From Phoronis australis (Eukaryota > Animalia > Phoronida), in NCBI GenBank assembly GCA_002633005.1, contig NMRA01000730.1, forward strand, positions 1-64,000: DNA of 64,000 nt, read 5' to 3'. The notes under the pieces were generated by a model. That model was not told the origin of the DNA and did no database searches. It saw only the letters and a list, made by a program, of their open reading frames with translations. Below, piece by piece: positions 1 through 15,125 of the stretch. A program made the position numbers and the translations under genes. How positions within the stretch are numbered: the first letter of the stretch is position 1; the number at the start of each line of letters is the position of its first letter.

Positions 1-2901
1 CTGTTTCCACAGCAATATTGAACATTTTGTTAAATGCAATTAGTGAATCCATTGAAGGTTTCTAATCAGTTACGCCACAAGCCAATTATAACTAAGGATT
101 TGTGATATTTGCTGGTTAGATTAAATTTTGAACAAATTGTAAAATTAATTCACCACAGAAATGAGTGTCAGTTCCAATTTCATGAAGATCATTTGACAAC
201 AAGTAAAAAATAAGTGATGACGTATATCAACATTTTTCATGACTGAATTCACAAGAACTCATTAGCTATGACGGATTTCTCCTTAATAAGTGGTAGGTGG
301 GAGGGTAGAGGAGGAGGGAATGGGGGGCACTGCTTATACATACTCCAGACTGGCCAAAGCAACAACAGAGTAATTGGATGATACCATACATAACACAAGG
401 CCAAATTTGACCAATTAGAGAAAATACCTTAAAGAGGTACAACCTCACCAGTTTTTGGACAACAATTTCCGAAATTGTCATTTTCTAAATTTTCAAGGGC
501 AAGGCCTTCAATCCCCCAATATTCTGCCACTTTCCCCTCTAAAAATTTAGAAAAATCACGCGAAGAGTTAGAAAAATCCCAATCGAGGTTTGAATCACTT
601 GTAACTAACACAGGTGACATCGGAGTGCAAAATGTTAGTTTTGGCTGCTTGAGGGCTTGAGGCGGAGCCTACGAGGGCTTGGCAAGAGGGTGGGCAGGAG
701 AGGGGGCAGGGGGGTGCTATTGATGATGATGATTGGAGGTAGAATTTTCCCCTCACCGCCAAAAGATTCCCCTCTTAAAAGGCACAGGCACCTTTCCCTC
801 TGATGAACGAGGGCCCTGAAGGGCTTCAAACGCTATTGAGAATGACAAACAATTTTTAAAATACTGCCTGGTGGTAGCTATAGTACAGAATTACCACTAC
901 GAAGAGCACAAATCGGACGGTACATATCTTTTCTGGAAAAAAAATGAAATAATGAAATTTCACTTGTCTGCCATATTGTGAGTTAAATAGGTCAGATTTT
1001 AGAAATACTAACCAGTGAGGATGAAATAACCTCTCCAATTAGCGGTACATCCCTACTAATTATAGTAAACATTCTTCATTACGACAAAACTTATTACTTC
1101 AGTCAGCATGTTTCTATTGTTCTGCAGCTCATCACATTGCTGTAAATTTTACCAAATGTTGTTTGGTGACACATTTTGTGAAAAGTAGGGTAAAAGCAAA
1201 GTAAAATTTTTTTAAGTCATAAACCATAAAAATTCGCCATTTTGGAACAGTGAATATTTAATATTTTGCTCATGGTCGCAGCTTGTACAAAATTTCAGAA
1301 ATAGACCCATTAGAAGTCCCAAATTCAAGAATAAAGATTTAGATCATTCATCTACATGGACACATGAAAAAATTGAAACGGCATTTATTTTCTAAAATTT
1401 TATGAACTGCTAAGTTTATTTTGAGACTATTAGAGCAGTGTATTTGATGAATGCCAAAGTCACCCGTGTAACAATTTTCGGAATCAACAAAAATCAATTT
1501 CTGCTTGAACTTTGATGTCCCAAATTTTAGAGACTGCCCAGAATTTTTGGCAGATTGCTGAGAAATTTAACAAAATAAAAATTCATCTGCCTGTTATATT
1601 GTGTTCCAAACTGAAGAATTTTTATCATACGCCCTCACTGTTCAGGACATCCAAAAAGTAATCAAATAAACTCCATTTCCACATCACAATGGCTAACTCC
1701 ACTAGAGTAAAAATTATAGTAATAACTTTGAGAAAACGTTCCCCAGTAAAGTTCTCCTTGTTCCTGTCCGTGGCACAAAGCTACTAGTATGCTACGACAA
1801 TGAATTTCAGTTGTTGTCGAAGTCCTCGACGGAACTCTGAACCGTTTTATCTCATTGCTTTTAAGGGGCGGATCCAGGATTTTTAAAAGGGGGTCCAAGT
1901 CACTCAGCTTCGTCTTCCATTTGTAGAGTTCTTGCCAAGCATTTTTGACAATAGTTCAGGAAGTGTAAATGCAAAATTCAAGCTACAACTACCAACAAAC
2001 AATAATCAGCAGACGTACATGCAGGAAATAAAACTGGCTAACCGCCGCTAGTGACTAGTGTTGTTGTCGTTCCTGAGCCTGGCACACCATAGGTGGTGCT
2101 GGTTCAGCTTGTGCGCAACACCACAGATCTTGTGCATTGAAGGTAAACAGCATTGGCCATCCATGTATTGCACTCTATGATTCACATCTGACAAGATTCC
2201 AAAATGAAAAAGCATGATACCACAAGGGGAGCTGTCTTTAGACTATGTTATTTGTTTTGATTTGAAGTGAAATGTGTTATCAAAAGGAACAGGAGTTGAC
2301 AGTGTGAACAGCTATACATTAGCATTACAGCAAGTGCAAATATTGTTCAGGGAAAGCACAACACTTTGATGATGATGCTGCAGTACACAGCTTCCAAAAG
2401 CGGTACTAGTTGGCAACTATCGGATTGGACTTTTCACTAATATTGATAATTTGATGCACATATTTCACCTGTCTGTCAAAGCACAATGCACATCAACTTA
2501 TCATATATTGAATTTATTAAATGCACGACACTTTTCATAGTTCACAGTCTTTATTCTGTTACGTTTGTACTTTCGGAACAAAATATATTCACTAAGTTTG
2601 TGTCAGATGCACACACCGTAATCACTTATGTGTCACACTGTGGACAAGAGTGTGACTCCTACCACCAGAGGGCTGTCAACTCGCTAACTGTCGAGTGAGC
2701 GTTTAGTCGATTGACAAACAACTCGACCGACGAAACGACGCTTGTTAAGTGACATTCATGCGAAATTAGTCACCAGAGAACACACGAGTGTAGAATTTGT
2801 TAGAATCTGGCATGAAGATGTCACTTATTATTCCCTATCGGCTAATTCACTGGCAGTTGTCTTTGACCGTAGGCCTACTCAAATCAAATCATCGTACTCA
2901 C

Positions 2902-3074
2902 CGATTTCCAAACTGGAAAGGTCCAAATACTCCACCACTTGCAGTGGCTTTTTCGCTCTCGAACGGATAACCTGAAATACGATAATCGTAGTAAGAAACT
3001 TTGACGATTATCAGAGTACAATGTCACAGTATTCCGTGCAAAAATCATTTACAAACCTGAGTGGTCAGCCGCAT
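2902..3074 (-). CDS. First two coding exons (3074-3057, 2971-2902) of a probable leucine-rich-repeat protein; later exons not identified and may lie left of the window
   Basis: ATG at 3074, donor CAG|GTTTGT, acceptor TTTCAG| and donor G|GTGAGT splice in frame to MRLTTQ-VIRSRAKKPLQVVEYLDLSSLEI. This resembles an N-cap helix plus a first LxxLxLxxxxI repeat, as in CFAP410/LRRC6-type proteins. Confidence 0.6.
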
Positions 3075-3142
3075 GGTAACGCCATCCTGAGTTCCATCTT
3101 CAATGTTTGGGTTGCGGACTGTTTACGGTGCCTGAAAATTGT

Positions 3143-3157
3143 GTTTCCGCGAGCAAC
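3143..3157. promoter_or_regulatory. RFX X-box-like motif
   Basis: GTTTCC-GCG-AGCAAC is close to GTNRCC-N(0-3)-RGYAAC and lies ~70 bp upstream of the ATG at 3074. Confidence 0.45.
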
Positions 3158-4920
3158 GTTGACACCAACTTCAAACTAAGTAAGTTTTAGAAAGTGAATA
3201 AGTGTCTTAGCTATTCATATAATATAATATGGAAATTTTGGAACACTGGCCATCTCCAACAAATTTTGGTGTCGTTGATATTAAGCAATCTTTCAACTTT
3301 GCGTAGCGATTTACATTCTAGGGTCAGTAGGTCAAACATTTATAAAGTTTTTTATTGCCCGATAGAGGGTGCTACTGTCAAATGTGGGAAGCTTAGACAT
3401 CTTATGTGATGTCTGTGGTGGGAAGGCTACGAGTTTCAGTGCCAAGACCATAGACATCATATTAGTATTCGTGTCCGATAGGAAAGACACTCCGAAGCAC
3501 TAGACTTACCTGTCTACCAATGAGTGCGCACGAAATTCTTACCTCACACGCTATTACCCTCTCATGGACACATATTCCCCCTCCTGTACCCAAATCAACA
3601 TTTGGCTTTGATACAAATCGAGAGTGAATTAATTCCACGTTGAATTTTCAATATTATCCAAATAAGGAACGTTTCCATCTGCCAACGGTTAACACACTTT
3701 AAGGACTGAGTCCATATGTGTTTTCAATGAACTCAGGGCTCACTTTTCAAAGAGGAGTTATTAGTAATGAAATGACAGAAAACGATTTCGCCTGAGTAAA
3801 TAAAGGCACAAATACGCAAAATGATTTAGGGAACTATATTTGGGACATGTAACCGATCGCCGACTGGGCCCCTTTTCACGCCGTCTCGCGGATATATCGT
3901 TTTGCTCGTGGCACGGTGCACCTTGTACGCGCACAAATTCCTTCAGTTCAGTGCCCGCGAAAGCCATTTTATTCTCTTACACCGCTCCATTCTCTCGGGC
4001 CACTGTATATAAACTGATAAAAACTTTTACGCACAAATCAACTGCTTGCACATTCCCGCCAATTCCCGATTTTGGCAAAACAGCCGCTACACTAAATGAG
4101 AGCAGAAAAATAGTTATTTGATTTCACGATTCAACCTTTTTATTTAAAAAATGAAACAGTAACGGCTAGGACTATACTCCCAGGTATAAGACACGAAAGT
4201 ATAATCCAACAGCTCGGTCGACGAGGTCGTCCGCGAGCACTGAGGGGAAATGGCATCGGGGTGAGGCTAATTAATATGTGCCGCCGTGACTCAAGTTGGT
4301 CCGAGCGCTGGGAAGGCAAACAAGGTGACGAGACGCGAAAAAATGGCCCATGAGTGGGAAATGTGCGTCCGCAAAAAAGGGAATCATTGCGCAAGTGAAG
4401 AATTTCGTGTGCATTTAGACTGGAGGCCGGCCAAGTGCTTTGCTTGAACGGTTTTGATAGCCGCATGCCATGTTAGCTGGCCGTTACCGCAGGTGTTCCG
4501 GCTCGAGCTGCACACCGGATCGGCGTGGGAATTAACACCTGCCATTACTAAAAATTCATAACCGATAAAGATTCCGTTTTTTGGAGATCTGCAGTTCTTA
4601 TAGCATTGCGTCTAGTTAGGGAAAGCTGATTGGTCAAACGATCAAAATAGGCCTAGCTGTGAACTTTGTGTGACAGGATTGCAGTTACGATACTTTGCAC
4701 TTATTTGAAACCGAATAGGCCTCCTGCCGGAGTACATACGCATCAACGGTTTACCAGCCTAGTTAAAAACGATGTCTTTTTTCACACCAACCGGTAACCA
4801 TGACCAAAACGTGCATCACTCCGTCGAGTGTAATATCAGTCGTTCGGTTGTCCATTAAGCTACATGTTGCCCAGCTCGGCGGCCTCGTCGCCACGCGGGG
4901 ACCCGTTCTTGTAAGACCAG

Positions 4921-5251
4921 GGCTGTACTCGAAACTCTAAATTTATTTTTGGCAATACAACTCAAGATAATTGGTTATTAGACTGTGCTCGAATACATTA
5001 TAGTTTACGCATATGAGTTGCTAGTCCATGTTTGCACTTTTTGACACTTATATTAGTACTACAAACTCTAGTAAAAGCCTTAATGTTGGTTTATCAACTG
5101 CAAACTAGGACTAAAAAATTATCCACGTAAGTCATTATGTACTCCAGCATAGAATAATAGACATTTATCTTGAGTTCGCACAAAAATAGAGTAGAAAATG
5201 ACAAACATAATTTCGAGTTCCATTTCGAGTAAAAAAATTAGAACCCAGACC
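4921..5251. mobile_element. MITE family A copy (PIF/Harbinger-like), opposite orientation to the 44663 copy
   Basis: Shares blocks such as AACTCAAGATAA and TTTCGAGTTCCATTTCGAGTAAAA with 44663-45062; flanked by CAG/CTG. Confidence 0.7.
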
Positions 5252-8200
5252 CTGGTCACAAAAGCGTGGCGAAAAGACAGGTGTCGAAACTCTGGTTTAT
5301 TATCTTTGTACCAAGCGCTCAACGTTGATGTCTCCAAAAATAGTTCAAACTCGCAAACTATCGTAGTGAATCGTAGTGAATTCGTTGCAAAAGCCTTCTA
5401 CTTCGTTTCAATTTCAGACGATTGTGATGTCTTAATCGAGAATAAATCAAGACATCAATCTTGTCCATTGTTAAGAGTTCCCGTAGTCTTTTGTACGGTT
5501 TCACAACACACGGACCCATTATCTACCACGGATAACAGAGTTACAGCCATTCGTCAACCATTTATTGTATTTCTGCGGGTAAAATGAGCCTTTTTCAAGT
5601 GATTCAGTTTCAAAAGCTAAACAATTCTAGAAATTCTAAGTTTTAGTTTCCTATATATCAATTCATTTTAGTCATCGCAAAGGCGGTAATTGATTTACTT
5701 CACATAATGGGAACATTAGTTGGATTTTCTGTTAATGAAAAGGTACTTTGACAACAGCAGGACCTGTACAAATCTGTATTGACAAGTTGCCGTAAAATGG
5801 ACATCATCTTTGCTCATCTTTGTCAGAAACCAACTTGGAAATCTTTTCTGTGCCATTGCATTAGTATAAGAGTTTTTTGTGTGGCTTTTTGTACAACAAT
5901 TTCATTGCTCGTTAACCCGATCCATTTTTGTAAACAGACGTATTCTTTCCTGGTTTTGTTTACTTGTTTCTTGCAGTTTTGCTTCAGTCCAATCAGAGAG
6001 CACGATTATGCATGAAACCGACACTTCAGCTGCACCACATGCAAGTCGATATTTAATACACAGCAGGGATTTCATAGTTGTGAATGATTGATTAGTGTAC
6101 GGTGTAATGTACGATAACAAAAAGTTAAAAAGAGCTCAACATTGAGCCTATATACTTAATTACGCCTATGGTCATGGCGTCTGTCATTTGCCTAAGTGTT
6201 CAATTCATTAGCCAAAGCACGACACTCGCCGCCAGTTTCCATCCGTAGATGAGTATCGGCAGTCTTTTGTTAGAAAGATCACTCTTTCTAAATCGCGACC
6301 CTTTGATTTTTGAAAAACTTTATCCTTTCCATTTGGCAACATTTGGTACATTGGCGATAGAAGGCATCTAGGCCTGATGTAGTGAATAATGTTGCATGGG
6401 GGACTCCTTGACACCACAGGAGTTGGCATTGTTCATACAAATACTTTTAAACGTTGTCTGATTTTTCGGTGTCACTTTCGGAGCTACAGCACATATGAAT
6501 AAACCTTTTCCTATACGTTTCTTAAAACATCTATATTTCACAATGGGCATTTTTGATAATAATAAAAAAAATCCTGCCCCGATCGTCCTTTGGAAGGATA
6601 CCAAACTCGTTCAAAAACGACATTCACACATTAGTGGCGCAACACTGAAAAGGGGGGATCTATAGCANCCCGGCAGCACACTATGATGCGTCGCCAATGT
6701 CACACCCAGTTCTCTTAAACAAAGTATTGCTCTGTGGATTTCGACAACCCTCAAACGGTCGGGGCAAATTAGAAAGGCCTTACAAAGTCTGCTAAACGTG
6801 CAAGCGTGACCTAACCCATAACTCTTCACGAGAGCTCCAGCCATGGAATGCCAACACACGCATGTGACCTACGTAAGAACCCTATTCTATTATTAGAGCT
6901 TGCCACCCATAGTCTAGCCGCGAGAGTTTGCAATGAAAATTTCCGGCTACCTGCTCGACTGAGCTTTGATCGAGAGTTGTAGTTATCAAATCAAGCCTAA
7001 TTTCATTGCTGCATTTTCATTTTGTTATCAATGTTCATCAAGTGATACTCTTGAGGTACGGTTCTATATAATCAGCGTTTTCTCTACAAAATTAGTTAAC
7101 AAACCCGACAATTACACTGGTCATTCACCTACCTTGGGTGGATGCCGAGGATGGTTTGGCCCCTGATAACTTTTCAGCTCCAGTCGTAGAACCACGTTCG
7201 ACAACCTATCATACTGAATGCCAGGTGTTTTCAACAAGACATTTTTAGGTGTTAAAATTATGTTACAGTATTTTACGGAAAGAAGTTACATTTGGCCCAA
7301 CTGAAATGTTTAGTCCAAAAAACAGGTGTATTTAGGTAACTTTGTTACCTGTTGTATTTAGCTAAGACTACTGCTATCAGTAGTATTTGTCGACTATAAA
7401 AAACAACAAAAACACCCTCGGGCATTTTGGGTGTTACGTCTCCCGTTCGACAAAAAATAACGCTGTCGGTGCGTCTTAATTTTGTGTGCTGCAGTGAACG
7501 TTTCACACTTATATTTTGGCTTAGACCCAGATGTCCCGCTTTTCAATCCAGTTGTTCCGTTTTTCGTTCTTAAATGTTGGTCGTGAAAATAATGCAACAG
7601 GTGTTCAAAATACCTTTGTCTCTTTTTATGAATGTTGTTATTTTTCAGAGTCCATTTTTGTAACATAATAATCGTAAAAATGTGTTCCATTGTCTCTTGT
7701 TTTCAAGCTACGCGACAGATGTTTGCCGATTTTTGTCTATCAGAGATCCTTTATCTGCAAATTTTGGATATATACTCGGAGTAATTTGTCGCATTTTAGT
7801 AAAGATAACTGGAATCTGATTTTTTACTCAAGAATGTAATTGTCACAAACGGCACCAAAGGTCCAATTAGTTATGATATATAAATATATAAAATTTTGGA
7901 TGAACGCTTGACTAAATTAACCACAGCAAGTGTGAGGGATCCATATTCTAAAACTTTTGTCTTTATATGGTAGAAATCTTTTGAATCATTGAAATCATTT
8001 CCCTAATGGCTTAACTAGCATTCATATAACCTCTCTGGTTCATTTCCTCTTTTATGTTACTATTACACGCTGTTATTTTTCGCATTTTGGTAAAAGTTAA
8101 ACAGGATTAAAAGATTTTTAAAGTAGTCAGGTATGCGAAATGGTAATTAAATGATGTATGTTGTGATTCTGGTATAATCATCAAGAACTGACAGCATGTG

Positions 8201-11200
8201 GAGAATTTCTCGCTTACACTGGTCACCGCTCAGATTCCCTTAGCCCCAGACAGCGTTACGATGCCTATTCAGCGCGCCCTTTGTAATGATGTGGATCTGA
8301 GCTAATGAAGTGGAAGGTAATAGCTGGCATTACTGTCTCAACAATGGTTGTTGTTAGTACTCCAAATTTGGTTTTCTCTAGCATTCGCAGAGTTACAGCC
8401 TGCAACTCTGTAGAGTAGTTTTAACTCGGTACATTATAAATATTAAAAAATGACTAAAAAGGTTAACTTGTGTTTATCTTCACAAAGGGCCACTTCCCAC
8501 AGGAACAATATGTTTCATATTGGTTTTCGTTATTTAATGTTTAATGCTTCTGCCCACTTGTTTATTTTCTTACCGGGAACGGGTTGATAACTTTTCATCT
8601 AAGTTTTAAACTTAAAGTACCAAAACAGTGGTAGGTTTTGATCGCCAGCGAAACTTAATTAGTTAAGTTCATTTTGAGCCCATCCCTGAACTTTCCACAT
8701 TGCAGGTACACTAAACACTTCACGTGTCATAATTTAATCTTCATTAGAACTAAAATCATAAAATATATACAAAAGTGCAAATGTGATGATAACCGAACTG
8801 AAGACTTGGAATCTCTGGACAGTTTCGGTGACACTGACTATATAACTATTCTAGCTCTTTGTCGGTAAGAAAAAATGAAAAGTGGGCACAAGTTAAGTGC
8901 AACTGTTTCCTGGTCAAAAATCTGGTTAAATGAGATATTAAAAAATGAATCCATGTGACATTGTTAACTCTGATTAGCGTTTGTATATCCACCGAGTATT
9001 TCAATATGCGCGGTAGTTTATCTTCAATCGTACCCAATGATTGTAGTTTTTAGATTATTAGTCCATCGATTGTTAAAAATCGAAAACCGTACTTGATTGT
9101 TTTTTTCCAGCTGAATACCGCCGTAGTGTTCGTTTTTAACGAAAATAAGTGACAATGGCGCACATGAAGTAATATCCCACGACACGAGACATTAATGTCG
9201 AGTGGGATCTTACTTACGCCAATCGAGATACGTTTTGTATTTATCCCATACGCTTCAAATTCCTAAGTTTCTTTATTTTTTTCCACAGATTTTCGAAATA
9301 CTTCATTCAGACTGTTCACGTGGCGGATCGCATCCTATGTGCATGTACTTGCGCGTTAGGTTGCAAGTTTTCTCCAGTAAAAGAAACAGTTTTCAATGTA
9401 ACGATATATTACTTGAAAAGAGATAACAGAGAGGAAACCAACAGCAACTTAGCACTGAACTTGTAACATCTCCTGAAAATAACTAAATAACAACAATATT
9501 TGATATTGTAGTTACCGAGGAATCGGCGCCTGAGTTGCAGACGATATATTTAGCAAATGAAATCTGAGACAGAACTGTCATATAATGAACAGTCCTGTTC
9601 CAGATGTTACGACTGAGACCTGGTTGCATGTTGAGTGTTATTTACACTGCTACAATTGTGTCACTTTAAACTATTTTCGGAAAGTTTGATGATCTAATCA
9701 GCCTCAGATAGACTGTTTTATATATCTGAGAATCAGCTAAGGACGTCTAGTCGACATTGCCCTACTTTTTGAACTTTCCGTGTCAGAGGTCACTGTTAAA
9801 GTAATGCGGGAGGTGAATACGGAAAAAATTATTCCATGACCGTATTTCCCTCCACAGATTCATCGCTTATGGGATAAATCCCAAGCAAGTACACACATTG
9901 CAGCAAAATAATGCAAACAACTCGCACGCATACGCGGCGCAACCTCAGCGGCGGCGAGATTGGAATCGGCATTTCATGGGGGCTGGAGTTCTATGATTAG
10001 AGTAACACGACTGAAGACCGGTCACTCACTAAAAACGAAAACGTTCAGCCCGTGACACATAGAGAATGAGTTTTTAGTTGAATCCTGCTTCTATCACTCA
10101 AGTGGGATCAGCAAGTGATAGAAAGAGGGTTGTTTGAAACCATCCGCGCAGGATTTAGTACCCTATTCACAATACATTTGCCAGAAGTAGCATTAATAAG
10201 TCTGTCAAAGTAATTACAGGGGATTAATATTATAATCAACTTCAATTCAAATAAAGGATAAGACTGCAATCGCATTTATGAAGAAAGCTTATGCTTTAAC
10301 ACCAAAATATTGTTTATAGAAACTTTCTACGTTCAAGCTTTGTGAAGCACCTGACAGAGAGAAATATTCCTTCATAGCAGATGCCCCTCTTAAAGAAAAT
10401 CAAGCCTGGGTCATTTTGATTACGTCAGAAAATCGGTTTCAAAAATGTCCTGCCATTGTCAGACAATATACATGCAGAATTTAAGGGGTTTTTAAGTGTC
10501 AAGATCATATTGCCTTAGTTCGCTTAATCACTGGGTGGGGAATGAACTATAGGCTTAGATGCATAAAAAATCACAAGTAAAGATGTTTTATTCTGTTTTG
10601 AATTTCGACTAAAATGGGAACAAAGTTGCATGGCACATTTTGCGGTGCAAAACATTGAGACACCTTCGTTCCCATTTTTATGCAAAGAGGTCCACCTCAA
10701 AACAAGTACTAAGGAGTCTCAAGACGTAGAACGCATTGTTGTTTTCAGTGATGGAAGGAAAGGATATCTTTGGCTTTCCCGACCAGTAACAGCTACATGC
10801 AAATTAATAAAAAGGCTTTATTCAGTCCCCACTTGAACCGAAGGGAGCTCCGTGGAAGGGGACAACACACAGAGGGAATTCTACCAATAGCGTTTCCGTA
10901 ACTGGGAGAATATTCTTCTTTACCAACTGGTACATGTAGCTGAATCCCACAATATCATGTAACACCCCTTTTTGACATGCGTAAATTCAGCATATTTCTT
11001 GACTTCACTGTTTGAAAGTGTATAATACCGCCCTCTTTTGGGGTGTTCACCAAAACCCGGGAATAGTTCCGCACACGCAAGAATCTCGTTTAGGAAGCTA
11101 GTGTGATCACGTGCTTTGCTCATAGTGGCGAGATTCTCGCGTCTGCAGAACGTACACATGGTTTTGTGACCTGCCCCTTTAGCTGTTACTTCAGCTTAGT

Positions 11201-14200
11201 GAGTAAATCAGTTTTAAACCAAGACACTTTCCCACTGCGTATTGAAGTAGGCTGTCTTTCCTGAAAGTGGTCATGAAACTAGCCTAAAGCGTTAGTCACA
11301 CACTTGCCGGTTCAGTAAACTTATGAGACTTGACATCATCAACAGGGCTTTGTTTGTTTAATTTTAAAGATTTGAATGAACAAGTCATATATAACATCTG
11401 TTAATAGACCAAATCCAGATTTAGTTTCATTTTAAATAAACTGATAGTGGAAAGCAAGATCACGGAACACCCAGTGACCTCATCTAGCCGAAGTCGCTTA
11501 TGTGATTTTCACAACCGCTGTCATCAACCCGTGAAGACCCTGACAAATATTAGAGTTCTCGGTTTATCTCAGTGTCAACTACTCTTATAGGTGATATACC
11601 GATTTACGTATGGCGAAGTCCCAGCAACTGCGTGTAAATGGACTAATTTATTCATTCGAGAGATTAAGTTGTGACATGAAATTCCTAGATATACAAATGT
11701 GATGCCCTTGCCGACTGAATCAAATTCGTACAGCATTTGACAACCAGAGGCTTCAGAGATCATGTGATGAAGCATTTGTTCGTGACTGAAGTGGCGAATT
11801 CAGGATCATGGACAGAATTAATGGTACATTATAGTACTCCATTACAATAATACAAGCGCGGCCGATCAGTTGACTTGGACCCTGCTTCTCCCCTATGGAC
11901 CGCACCCAGGCAGTTGTGATTCTCAATTCTTTTTTACTAACCTTAATATTTGATACAACTCAGTGTGAGATTGTTTTGTGATACACAAAGTCGTCTATTT
12001 CTAAATCGCGCCATATGGAGCCGCATGCTGTCGCTAACAGCCTTATATTTTTGTTTATTGGAACATTAAGCTCGCAACATGCCCCCCCAACTCTTATGAT
12101 GATGAGGGTCTTCAGTTAAGTACGCTATCAAATTATCTTTGTTTTAAGAAACTGTTATTTAGCAGGGGAGATAAACTGCGACAATATAGACAACATGCAC
12201 GTTCGAAAAAATGCTTTGAATATAACCTCGTGTAACCAACGGGGTCTTTCCAAGACACGGTAAGATCACATAAGTTTCGGAAACAATAGCACCAAATTTT
12301 GCGTGTTGGTAGATATCATATAAAAACATGAATTTAGTAAAGTATCAATGTAGTATAATATATTTTATACAAAAAAATGGAAAATAAAATTTCAGCTGTA
12401 GCCATTGTGTGCCCTTAATTGTTAAGATTTTGCCATAATCCTAATACGTTCTCTACACAAATTGAAATATAACTCCCTCTTTGACGATTAGCATTGAGTT
12501 TCCTTGGAGACGTCTTTAAAATGTTTAGTCGACCATAAGTACTGGTTTCTTTTGAGTATTTTAATTGTCAATAAAGGTAACATATAACAAGTCTTTATTC
12601 TTTTATGTTTATGAAATTTCAAGCTCATTGATTTAATAAAATAAACATTCTTATTACACGCATAATAAGACTAGAAACTGCCTCATGCCTCGGGGTCAAC
12701 TTCATTCAAATTTTGTGTACAACAATTTATATAACTTGTCGATTTATTTCACTCAACTACAATGGGTACATACGCAACTCCTTCAACATTTTATTATGCA
12801 TAATAAACATTGGTATTTATTTCCGAAGTTATTCAATAATCGGCCCGTTAAAGTTACTTTGATCTTGAGGGCATACGCAGTGATGTAAAAGGGCTCATAC
12901 TGTAAACGTAACACAAGGAATTTCTGTTCTAAATTCTCACAAAAAATATGAAATTTCCCTTCAAGGAGCATTCCATCACACAATTCATTGAAACCTTTTT
13001 GGCTCGGCAGTTGAATTATTGTATGACGTCACAGCATTTTTGACAAGGAGTTTTGGAATATGACGCAGAAAAAATGTTTAGCAGACGACAGTCCGAAAGC
13101 AGGTCAATCAGATGAATACTTTTTATCATGGCGTACTCATTTTTTGTTGTCTGATGAGAATCACATCCTTCCGGACAAGACCTCAAGCTTCCTTCAGAAA
13201 TTTCAGTCATCGATTAGTGCTGCTCGTTAGTTATTTTTTCTGAATATTTTACTGGATTTTTAAAGTGTTTTACCTGTTTCTACATTGTCTAATTTTATCC
13301 GGTTTCAGCATATGTAAGTTTTGAATTATTGAAAATGGGGTTTACGTCAATAATTGTGAGATCAAACAATATAAAATCAATGTGATTCACTTCAAGCGAT
13401 ATCCAAAAGAAAACCTAGGAATGAGTTTTTCAGTTCTTCGAGAAGGTGATTTTGGGATGTATATTATGAAATCGTTTCATAAAAATATCATCTACAGTAT
13501 ACCATATAAACATTATTTGACCGATTAGATCGTCATACCTGTTGAAGTGATATCATTTTAAACAGTATTTTGTGTCGTATAATCCTCTCAAAGTGATATG
13601 CATCGGTATAATTCCACGTATAATCTATACCCACAGTTTCACTGAGTGCAACACCGGCTAGTCAGACTGAGGAAGATAAGATAAAAATGACAAACGTTTA
13701 GGAATAAAAAAAACGAAATAGTTCCATTCAGGCAGCAGTTTAATACAAAAAATAAGACCTGATTTAACACGATCCGATTTTTGTGTCTTCCGCAGACTTT
13801 ATCGAAGCATTCGGCACTTGCCATTGTGTAAAATAGGGTGTTCCAGGGTAATAACCATACATGTATAACCTTAACAGCGCCCAATGCGTGACGGCGTTAT
13901 CGTCCGCAGCATTTATTTGATTTGGCCGACATTACACTATGGGAACGATACTGTCATCAGAATTCCACTTGAATTTTTTGGGAACCGATACTCAAGAGAT
14001 CAACAAGTTGATCCCCTGTATCAGGAAATTCACATCTCCGTGACATAGATACATGGTATCTTCGTGGAATAAATCACACAATGTATCCTAATTTTATTCG
14101 TGTTTCAACTGAAAGTTATGCAAGAAAAATATTCATTATTTTTGTTACTAGGTTGTGATATACCTTAGCCCCGTTATCATTTTCAGGTGGTCCGTAACTA

Positions 14201-14817
14201 ATTATAAGAATTTTAATAATTAAACATTTCAACCTAGATACCATAACAAAGTTTGCCTTTGCGAGTTGTTTATTTTGTTGAGCACAGTTGTTGAGTTTGC
14301 GAACTAAGACAAATAGTTAGCCTTTAGACGCAATTTTAACCTAATCCGATATTCAAAGCACGAGATTAAACAAACGAACAACGTTGATAACAAGGCAAGA
14401 GTCATAGGCCTTCGTTGACGCGGTTACAAGTAAACAACTGAAGACGTGTTTCGTTGTGAACAATGTTTTAGATATCTCTCATGTAATTGATAAGGTCTCT
14501 AGGCATACAGGTATTTACTAATTCGAGTGTAAAGTTTAAAAAATGAACTACCTTAACTAAAGTACTCGAAATCACAAGTTTCGATATTCTTAAACGAAAT
14601 TCTGGACACCTGCTGTGTATATACATGAGAGCTAGAGCATGCGACACGATTTATCACTGAGATGCCGTTTTTTGTAATTAAACTAAGTTGTTGGATTTTT
14701 TAGGGCTGTCATAGACGTAATTTGGTAGATAAACGTTTGTGTGGAATTGCTTCGTGTTGTTAAGAGCATTGCCGTACAATTCGGGGGCACACACCTGTAT
14801 CATAGCTAGTCAATTAA

Positions 14818-15125
14818 AGGGGAAGGAAACCGTCTTTTGATGTAACGTTTAGTAAAAATATTGATCCTCAAATATTTTGGAGATTCGCATTTCCGTGTTA
14901 ACTATTGTTCCCATGGCGAGTATGTACTATCCACGGAACTGTAGAAGGTGACGTAAACAGCCCGACTGAGAGGGCTCTCACTAAAGCCCAGATGCAAGTC
15001 CTCAACATTTTAGTCAACTGTTCTATGGGTACTAAAGCAGTCGACGTAGGTACAGTATGTAACACAAAAAACATGTTTCCAAGATAATCAGAATCTGTAT
15101 TTTTACCGAACGGTTGCCTTCCCTT
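14818..15125. mobile_element. Non-autonomous DNA transposon, Kolobok-like
   Basis: TIRs AGGGGAAGGAAACCGT / ACGGTTGCCTTCCCTT with TTAA on both sides (14814-14817, 15126-15129); related internal fragments near 60875-60925 and 61520-61665. Confidence 0.7.

Noticed and set aside
6208-6860. Cluster of short minus-strand ORFs
   Set aside because: No recognisable motif and no consistent splice structure.
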